Assembly (NCBI GenBank): GCA_013151115.1
Contig: JAADIW010000065.1
Coordinates: 1 to 39,865 of the forward strand
DNA length: 39,865 nt
Source of the DNA: Caldisericota bacterium
Lineage (GTDB): Bacteria; Bipolaricaulota; Bipolaricaulia; Bipolaricaulales; Bipolaricaulaceae
Direction: 5' to 3'
Position numbers and translations under genes: made by a program. A model generated the notes under the pieces. That model was given only the letters and a program-made list of their open reading frames with translations, made no database searches and was not told the DNA's origin. Below, piece after piece: positions 33,519-39,865 of this stretch. Numbering within the stretch: the stretch's first letter is position 1; each line of letters opens with the position of its first letter.

Positions 33519-34976
33519 GTGGCACAGACGATCCGTTTCGGCACCGACGGTTGGCGTGGGGTGATCGCCCGGGATTTCACGTTCGACAACGTGGCCCGCG
33601 TCGCGGCCGCCACCGCCCGCTACCTCGCGGACCCCGCCCGCAGGGACCTCCCCTTCTACCGCGACTGGGGCGTGCCCTATCGGGGGCCCGAGGCCGGGGT
33701 TGTGGTGGGCTACGACACCCGCTTCCTCTCGCGGGAGTTCGCCGAGACCGTGGCCCGCGTGCTCGCGGCCGAGGGGATCCCCGCGGCGCTCACCGACGCC
33801 CCGGTGCCCACCCCCGCCCTCTCGTACATCGTGGTGGCGCGCCGGCTCGCCGGCGCGGTGATGCTCACCGCGTCCCACAACCCTCCCCGTTACAACGGGT
33901 TCAAGTTCAAGCCCGAGTACGGGGGCTCGGCCACCAAGGACGCCACTGATCTCATCGAACGGCATCTGCCCCCCCGCCCTCCGGATGTGCCCGAGGACGC
34001 GGTGGTCACGACCTCCATTCGTGAGGAGTACCTCTCGGCCCTGGAGGGGCGCGTGGACCTGAACGCGATCGGCGCCGCCCCCGTACACGTGGTGGTCGAT
34101 CCCATGTACGGCTCCGCCCAGGGTTACTTGGCGGAGCTCCTCCGCGCGCACGGGATCCCGTTCACCGCGATCCGTTCGCGCATCGACCCCCTGTTCGGGG
34201 GGAAGAAGCCCGAACCCCTGCCGGAGTTCATGGGGCCCACCCGGGCCGTGATCCGGTCGCTCAGGGGCCGGGTCCGTCGGAGGATCCTCGTGGGCCTGAT
34301 CACCGACGGCGACGGTGACCGGGCCGCGTCCATGGACGAGGACGGGAACTTCCTCGACACCCACCGCACCTCGTCCCTCATCCTCTGGCACCTGATCCGC
34401 AACCGCGGCGAGCGCGGCCTGGTACTGAAGTCGTTCGCCCTCACGGACCTCATCAGGAAGATCGCCGAGGACGCGGGGCTCGAGGTCCGGGAGATAAAGA
34501 TCGGGTTCAAGTGGGCAGTTGAGGGCCTGGTGAAGCGGGAGGCCATATTCGGGGGCGAGGAATCGGGGGGGTACGGCTACAGATGGCATCTGCCCGAGCG
34601 CGACGGGATGCTGGCGGGCCTCCTGTTGCTCGAGCTCATCGCCGCCGAAGGGAAGGGCCTGGGGAAGCTCCTCGCGGAGCTGTTCCGCCGCTACGGCCCC
34701 CATTACTACGACCGGGTGGACATGGAGCTGCCGGAGCGGGCCGAGGTGGTGGAGCGCATCATGGCCGCGCCCCCGGAGTCCGTCGCGGGGAGGAAGGTGG
34801 TCGCCGTCGAGACCCTGGACGGGGTGAAGCTCCGGTTCGGAAACGGTTGGCTCCTCTTCCGGGCCTCGGGGACCGAGCCCATCCTGCGCGTCTACTGCGA
34901 GATGGAATCCCCGAAGGCGGTGGAGGAGGTGATCTCCGCCGGAACGGCCCTGGCCAAGGAGGTAGCCCATGGGTGA
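33519..34976 (+). CDS. alpha-D-phosphohexomutase (phosphoglucomutase/phosphomannomutase family)
   Basis: [22 protein letters not shown] (catalytic Ser), DGDGDR (Mg site) and GGEESGG motifs. GTG start 5 nt after AGGAGGG. Confidence 0.92.
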   Translation: MAQTIRFGTDGWRGVIARDFTFDNVARVAAATARYLADPARRDLPFYRDWGVPYRGPEAGVVVGYDTRFLSREFAETVARVLAAEGIPAALTDAPVPTPALSYIVVARRLAGAVMLTASHNPPRYNGFKFKPEYGGSATKDATDLIERHLPPRPPDVPEDAVVTTSIREEYLSALEGRVDLNAIGAAPVHVVVDPMYGSAQGYLAELLRAHGIPFTAIRSRIDPLFGGKKPEPLPEFMGPTRAVIRSLRGRVRRRILVGLITDGDGDRAASMDEDGNFLDTHRTSSLILWHLIRNRGERGLVLKSFALTDLIRKIAEDAGLEVREIKIGFKWAVEGLVKREAIFGGEESGGYGYRWHLPERDGMLAGLLLLELIAAEGKGLGKLLAELFRRYGPHYYDRVDMELPERAEVVERIMAAPPESVAGRKVVAVETLDGVKLRFGNGWLLFRASGTEPILRVYCEMESPKAVEEVISAGTALAKEVAHG

Positions 34977-37854
34977 ACCGTACAACCCCAAGGAGATCGA
35001 GGCGCGCTGGAAGGACTTCTGGTGGGAACGTGGCTTCTTCAGGGCCGACATCCACGATACCGAACGCAAGTTCTACTATCTCAACATGTTCCCCTATCCC
35101 TCGGCCAAGCCCCACGTGGGCCACGGCCGGAACTACATCCTTGGGGACGCCATCACGCGCTACCTCCTCATGCGGGGCTACAACGTCCTGAACCCCATGG
35201 GATGGGACGCCTTCGGCCTCCCGGCGGAAAACCAGGCCATCCGCCACGGGATCCACCCCCGCGACTGGACCATGCGCAACATCGCCGAGTTCAAACGCCA
35301 GTTCCGCGACTGGGGGGTAGTGTTCGATTGGGATCGGGAGATCGCCACCTGCGAGCCCGAGTACTACAAATGGACCCAGTGGATCTTCCTCAAGCTCTAC
35401 GAGCACGGCCTCGCCTACCGGGCGGAGGCGGAGGTGAACTACTGCCCCACCTGTGACACGGTGCTCGCCAACGAACAGGCCGCCGGCGGTCGGTGCGAGC
35501 GGTGCAACACCCCGGTGGAGAAGAAGACCCTCACCCAGTGGTTCTTCCGGATCACCGCCTATGCCGAGGAGCTCCTGCGGGACCTGGACGACCTGGATTG
35601 GCCCGAACACGTCAAGACGATGCAGCGGAACTGGATCGGACGCTCCGAGGGGGCGAACGTCGTCTTCCGGAGCGAGCGCGGCGACGAGATCACCGTCTTC
35701 ACCACCCGCCCGGACACCCTGTGGGGGGCCACCTTCATGGTGCTCGCCCCGGAGCACCCGCTGGTGGAAAAGCTCACCGCCCCCGAGAGGCGTGCCGAGG
35801 TGGAGGAGTACAAGCGGTTCGCCGCCCGCCAGACGGAGGTGGAGCGGCTGTCCACGGAGAAGGAGAAGACCGGCGTCTTCATCGGGGCCTACGCCGTAAA
35901 CCCCGTCAACGGGGCCCGCATCCCCATCTGGATCGCGGATTACGTCCTCATGACCTACGGCACCGGGGCCATCATGGCCGTCCCCGCACACGACGCCCGC
36001 GACTTCGAGTTCGCCCTGAAGTTCGGGATCCCGGTGATCCCGGTGATCGCCCCGCCGGGAGGGAAAGCCAAGAGCTACGTGATGGCGGGGACCTACCGGG
36101 AGGGCCTCCCCGGGGCCCTGAGGGAGGCGGGGTTCGCGTTCGAGGAGAGGGACGGGGCCCTCTACGTGACCCTGGACGAGGGGGACCGTGAACGCTACAT
36201 CGACCTCGTCCGGCGATACATCCTCCCCGGCTCGTGGACGGAGGTGATCGGGGCCGGCTGGCAGTTCGTCTTTTCGGACTCCGTCCTGAACGTGGGCTCC
36301 ATCGAGGAGGAGAAGGCCGTCCTGGATAAGTGCAGGGAGCTCGAACCGAGCATCCGTGACAAGCGCACCGTGGCCGAGATGCTGTGGGAGGTGGAGTTCT
36401 ACCGCGATCTCCTCTTCCACGATCAGCGCGGCACGATGATCAACTCCGGTCCCCTGACGGGCACCCCCGGCGACGAGGCCGTGAAGCGAACCACCGAGTG
36501 GCTCGAGGAGCAGGGCATCGGAAAATTCGCGGTGAACTACCGGTTGCGCGACTGGCTCATCTCCCGACAGCGCTACTGGGGCGCCCCGATACCCATCGTC
36601 TACTGCGACAAGTGCGGGATCGTCCCGGTGCCGGAGGAGGAACTCCCGGTCCTCCTCCCGGAGGTGGAACGGATCGGCCTCAAGGGGCTCGCGGAGATCC
36701 CGGAGTTCGTGAACACCACCTGTCCGACGTGCGGGGGACCCGCCCGCAGAGAGACGGACACCATGGATACCTTCGTCGACTCCTCGTGGTACTACCTGCG
36801 CTACATCTCGCCACACGACGACGACAAGCCCTTCGATCCCGAGCTCGTGAACGCATGGCTCCCCGTGGATCTCTATGTCGGCGGGGTGGAGCACGCCATC
36901 CTTCATCTCCTCTACTCCCGGTTCATCACCAAGGCCCTGCGCGACCTGGGGTATCTGTCCTTCGGGGAGCCGTTCGCGCGGCTCTTCACCCAGGGGATGA
37001 TCACCTACCCCGCTTACTGGTGTCCCGAACACCGCTGGATCCCGCCCGCCGAGGTGGCGGAGGGAAAGAGATGTCCCCACTGCGGCCGGGACCTCGAGGT
37101 CTCGGTGGTGGCCATGTCGAAATCGAAGCTTAACGTGGTCTCCCCCGACGAGCTCATCGAGCGGTACGGGGCCGATACCGAGCGCCTCTACACCCTGTTC
37201 ATGGGGCCGCCGGAGAAGGAGATCGAGTGGTCCGAGGAGGGCCTGCGGGGGGCGTGGAGGTTCCTCAACCGCTTCTGGGAGCTCCTCACGGGGTGGATCC
37301 CCCGCGTGAAGGACGCCCCCGCCGCGTTCGACCCCGCGGCGCTCCCCGAGGCCGCACGGGCCCTGTGGGCGAAGCTCAACGAAACGATCCACCGGGTGAC
37401 GCGGGAGTTCGAATCCGAGCGCTTCGGCTTCAACGTGGCCATCGCGGCGATCATGGAGTTCACCAACGCCCTGGAGGATTACCTGGCCAAGGGGGAGCCC
37501 GATCCGGCCCTGTTGCGGCGGGCCATCCGTGACCTGATCCTCCTGATCTCCCCCTTCACCCCGTTCATCGCCGAGGAGCTCTGGTCGCGGCTCGGCGAGG
37601 GCGGGGCCGTGCTCGAACAGGATTGGCCCACGTACGACGAGGAGGCCCTGAAGCTCCTCGCGGTGGAGATCCCGGTGCAGATAAACGGCAAGGTCCGCGC
37701 CCGGGTGAAGCTTCCCCACGACGTGGCCGGGGACGCCGAGGCCCTGAAGGAAGCGGTCCTCTCCGCCGAGGAGGTGAGGAGGCATCTCGCGGGGCGGGAG
37801 CTCGTCAAGGTGATAGCTGTCCCGGGGAAGCTCGTCTCCCTGGTGGTGAAATAG
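34969..37854 (+). CDS. leuS: leucyl-tRNA synthetase, bacterial type, with an extra ~100-aa insertion
   Basis: HVGH (HIGH) and AMSKSK (KMSKS) motifs, CP1 editing domain ([22 protein letters not shown]), [15 protein letters not shown]. 961 aa. Overlaps the upstream gene by 8 nt. Confidence 0.95.
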   Translation: MGEPYNPKEIEARWKDFWWERGFFRADIHDTERKFYYLNMFPYPSAKPHVGHGRNYILGDAITRYLLMRGYNVLNPMGWDAFGLPAENQAIRHGIHPRDWTMRNIAEFKRQFRDWGVVFDWDREIATCEPEYYKWTQWIFLKLYEHGLAYRAEAEVNYCPTCDTVLANEQAAGGRCERCNTPVEKKTLTQWFFRITAYAEELLRDLDDLDWPEHVKTMQRNWIGRSEGANVVFRSERGDEITVFTTRPDTLWGATFMVLAPEHPLVEKLTAPERRAEVEEYKRFAARQTEVERLSTEKEKTGVFIGAYAVNPVNGARIPIWIADYVLMTYGTGAIMAVPAHDARDFEFALKFGIPVIPVIAPPGGKAKSYVMAGTYREGLPGALREAGFAFEERDGALYVTLDEGDRERYIDLVRRYILPGSWTEVIGAGWQFVFSDSVLNVGSIEEEKAVLDKCRELEPSIRDKRTVAEMLWEVEFYRDLLFHDQRGTMINSGPLTGTPGDEAVKRTTEWLEEQGIGKFAVNYRLRDWLISRQRYWGAPIPIVYCDKCGIVPVPEEELPVLLPEVERIGLKGLAEIPEFVNTTCPTCGGPARRETDTMDTFVDSSWYYLRYISPHDDDKPFDPELVNAWLPVDLYVGGVEHAILHLLYSRFITKALRDLGYLSFGEPFARLFTQGMITYPAYWCPEHRWIPPAEVAEGKRCPHCGRDLEVSVVAMSKSKLNVVSPDELIERYGADTERLYTLFMGPPEKEIEWSEEGLRGAWRFLNRFWELLTGWIPRVKDAPAAFDPAALPEAARALWAKLNETIHRVTREFESERFGFNVAIAAIMEFTNALEDYLAKGEPDPALLRRAIRDLILLISPFTPFIAEELWSRLGEGGAVLEQDWPTYDEEALKLLAVEIPVQINGKVRARVKLPHDVAGDAEALKEAVLSAEEVRRHLAGRELVKVIAVPGKLVSLVVK

Positions 37855-37887
37855 GCGGGCCGTGGGGCCGGTCGCCCGTCGCCCAAC

Positions 37888-38442
37888 ATGAGAAAGGCGG
37901 TCTTCCTCGATCGGGACGGGGTGGTGATCAAGCAGGTGGAGGGGTACCTGGACGACCCCGGGCGGGTGGAACTCCTCCCCGGGGCGGCCGCGGCGATACG
38001 ACGGCTGCGGGACGCGGGGTTCGCCGTGGTGGTGGTCACGAACCAGGCCGGCATCGGCTACGGGCACCTCACCGAGGAGACGTTGGCGGCGATCCACGCC
38101 CGCCTGGCGGAGGAACTCTCCCGGGAGGGAACGAAGTTCGACGGGATCTACTACTGTCCCCACACGCCGCGGGACAACTGCCCCTGCCGCAAGCCGGCCC
38201 CGGGCATGCTCATGCGGGCGGCGGAGGAGCTCGGGCTGGATCTCTCCCGCTCGTACATGGTGGGCGATATGACCACCGACATCGAGGCCGGCAAACGGGC
38301 CGGCTGTTTCACCGTGCTGGTACGCACGGGATTCGGCGGCTCCGACGGCCGCTCCGATTCCGAGCCGGATGCCGTCTGCCCCGACCTCGCCGCCGCCGCC
38401 GACCTCATCCTCGCCCGTGAACGGGCCTCGGGGGATCGGTGA
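37888..38442 (+). CDS. gmhB: D-glycero-D-manno-heptose 1,7-bisphosphate phosphatase (HAD-IIIA)
   Basis: FLDRDGV motif I, VVTNQAGIG motif II, the CPH....C.CRKP zinc-binding loop typical of GmhB, and GDMTTDIEAG motif. Confidence 0.88.
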   Translation: MRKAVFLDRDGVVIKQVEGYLDDPGRVELLPGAAAAIRRLRDAGFAVVVVTNQAGIGYGHLTEETLAAIHARLAEELSREGTKFDGIYYCPHTPRDNCPCRKPAPGMLMRAAEELGLDLSRSYMVGDMTTDIEAGKRAGCFTVLVRTGFGGSDGRSDSEPDAVCPDLAAAADLILARERASGDR

Positions 38443-39200
38443 TGGCCCCCCGCGGATCGGCCCCCACCCCGTACGCCCTGTCCCTCACGTGCCGCCCCAA
38501 AAAGGCCGTCCTCCTCTGTGCCGGGGAGGGGACGAGGCTCCGTCCCCTGACGTACGAGATCCCGAAGCCCCTGGTGCGCGTGGGGGGGAAGCCGCTGCTG
38601 GGTTGGAACCTGGAGGTCCTCGCCGCGGCCGGCGTGGAGGAGGTCCTCATCAACCTCCATCACAAACCCGAAAGGATCATCGCTTACGTGGGGGACGGGG
38701 CGCGCTTCGGCGTTTCGATCCAGTACTCCTTCGAGGAGGAACTCCTGGGCACCGCCGGGGCCCTCGATCGGATGCGGGACCGGCTCACCGGGCCCTTCCT
38801 CGTGGTCTACGGGGACGTGGTGCTCGACGACTTCCCGTTCGAGTCGTTTTTCGCCTTTCACCGGGACCATCCCGGGATCGGGACCGTCGTCCTCCAGGAA
38901 ACCGACCGCCCGGGGGACTGCGACATCGCCGAGCTTGATCCCGGGGGCAGGATCGTCGCCTGGCATCCCGCCCCCGGCGATTTCAGGTACGGCAAGTGGG
39001 GGAACGCCGCAGTCTACCTGCTCGAGCCCCGGATCCTCTCCTACCTCCCCCGGGGGGCGCGGTGGGACTTCGTGCGCGATCTTTTCCCGGCGGTCCTCGC
39101 CGCGGGGGAGACGCTCTGGGGGTTCATATCCCCGGTGGAGCTCCTCGACATCGGGACCCCGGAGCGTCTGGAGGAGGCCCGCAGGAGGTTTGGAGGATGA
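38439..39200 (+). CDS. hddC: sugar-1-phosphate nucleotidyltransferase (probable heptose-1-phosphate guanylyltransferase)
   Basis: LLCAGEGTRLRPLTYEIPKPLV nucleotide-binding loop and EELLGTAGAL. The substrate assignment comes from gene context only. GTGA/ATG overlap with the gmhB stop. Confidence 0.75.
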   Translation: MMAPRGSAPTPYALSLTCRPKKAVLLCAGEGTRLRPLTYEIPKPLVRVGGKPLLGWNLEVLAAAGVEEVLINLHHKPERIIAYVGDGARFGVSIQYSFEEELLGTAGALDRMRDRLTGPFLVVYGDVVLDDFPFESFFAFHRDHPGIGTVVLQETDRPGDCDIAELDPGGRIVAWHPAPGDFRYGKWGNAAVYLLEPRILSYLPRGARWDFVRDLFPAVLAAGETLWGFISPVELLDIGTPERLEEARRRFGG

Positions 39201-39865
39201 TCATCACTCGGACCCCGTTCCGCACGAGCTTTCTCGGCGGGGGCACCGACCTCCCCGTCGTCTACCGCGAGATCGGGGGCGCGGTCCTCTCCACCACCAT
39301 CGACAAGTACATGTACGTGGCGGTGAACAAGCGGTTCGAGGAGACGATCCGCGTGGCCTACACCCGCACCGAGATCGTGAGGCGCCCCGAGGAGCTGCGA
39401 CACGAGATCGTGCGGGAAGCGCTGCAGGCGGTGGGGATACGGCGCCAGATCGAGGTCGTCACCATCGCCGACGTCCCCGCGGGGACGGGGCTCGGTTCCT
39501 CCTCCGCCCTCACCGTGGGCCTGCTCAAGGCCCTTTATACCTATCGGGGCGAGGAGGCAACCCCGGAGCGGCTCGCCCGCGAGGCGTGCGAACTCGAGAT
39601 CGTGCGGTTGGGACATCGCATCGGGAAGCAGGATCAGTACGCCGCTGCCTTCGGGGGGTTCAACTTCATCGAGTTCCATCCCGACGAGGGGGTGACGGTC
39701 ACCCCGCTCCGGCTGCCCGGGGAACTCGTCGGGGAGTTCTTCGGGCGGATGAGGCTCTTCTACACCGGGCTGAAGCGACGCTCGGGGGAGGTACTGGCGG
39801 AACAGAGCCGGGCGGCGGAGAGGAAGCTGGACCTCTACCGGGCCCTGAAGGAGCTCGCCTACGCG
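39197..39865 (+). CDS. hddA: GHMP-family sugar kinase (probable D-glycero-D-manno-heptose 7-phosphate kinase), 3'-truncated by the window edge
   Basis: Not in the ORF track because there is no stop in the window. Manual translation gives MIITRTPFRTSFLGGGTDLP...PAGTGLGSSSALTVG (GHMP motif II)...GKQDQY. ATGA overlap with the upstream stop. Confidence 0.8.
   Translation, partial: MIITRTPFRTSFLGGGTDLPVVYREIGGAVLSTTIDKYMYVAVNKRFEETIRVAYTRTEIVRRPEELRHEIVREALQAVGIRRQIEVVTIADVPAGTGLGSSSALTVGLLKALYTYRGEEATPERLAREACELEIVRLGHRIGKQDQYAAAFGGFNFIEFHPDEGVTVTPLRLPGELVGEFFGRMRLFYTGLKRRSGEVLAEQSRAAERKLDLYRALKELAYA

Noticed and set aside
36052-36429. LeuRS insertion as an intein
   Set aside because: There is no Cys/Ser/Thr at the N-terminal junction and no His-Asn plus Cys/Ser/Thr at the C-terminal junction. 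No homing-endonuclease or Hint-domain blocks are present, and at about 100 aa it is too small.
34759-38163. 1134-aa ORF on the minus strand, the longest in the window
   Set aside because: It runs exactly antisense to leuS. Its composition is dominated by G/P/R/E/V/H/L with no recognisable motifs, whereas the plus-strand frame carries every LeuRS hallmark. In DNA with very high third-position GC, the antisense frame rarely contains stop codons.
1-39865. Search for CRISPR arrays, transposases/IS ends, integrases, tRNA/rRNA genes, toxin-antitoxin pairs or known defence genes
   Set aside because: None found. All intergenic gaps are 295 nt or shorter and are accounted for by promoters, terminators, one riboswitch and leaders. 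No direct-repeat arrays or terminal inverted repeats were seen. GC content and codon style look uniform apart from a mild dip around 15700..16140.

Overview
Very GC-rich, tightly packed bacterial chromosomal segment. Strong AGGAGG ribosome-binding sites, sigma70-like promoters and bacterial-type LeuRS/SerRS point to bacteria, and the polyamine genes suggest a thermophile. About 36 credible protein genes, almost all core metabolism or housekeeping. No rRNA, tRNA, CRISPR array, transposase, integrase or phage genes were seen.

Order of the main blocks:
- Cys/Met PLP enzyme with a long structured leader.
- Five-gene polyamine operon (bpsA-pdaD-speH-speE-speB), translationally coupled to truD.
- Long minus-strand block: TPP riboswitch, thiL, tbpA, then a separately promoted Afu/Fbp-like ABC importer (binding protein, attenuator hairpin, fused permease, TOBE ATPase), a Cof-type HAD phosphatase and rpiB.
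- MBL hydrolase and class-III aminotransferase, then serS.
- Secreted beta-helix/OmpL47-repeat protein and an MtfA-like peptidase.
- PAS-GAF-GAF-HD-GYP protein, a winged-helix (wHTH) regulator and a K+-type membrane pyrophosphatase.
- Signal-peptide/coiled-coil/tail-anchor protein.
- Short-armed smc with scpA and scpB.
- Frameshifted ClC channel, DUF4139 protein and a phosphohexomutase.
- leuS with a roughly 100-aa insertion.
- Start of a GDP-heptose cluster (gmhB-hddC-hddA).

I found no convincing new multi-gene system. The items most worth follow-up are the riboswitch/two-binding-protein transporter arrangement, the ClC frameshift, the LeuRS insertion, the half-length SMC arms and the two envelope proteins.

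The many long ORFs antisense to real genes are GC artefacts.
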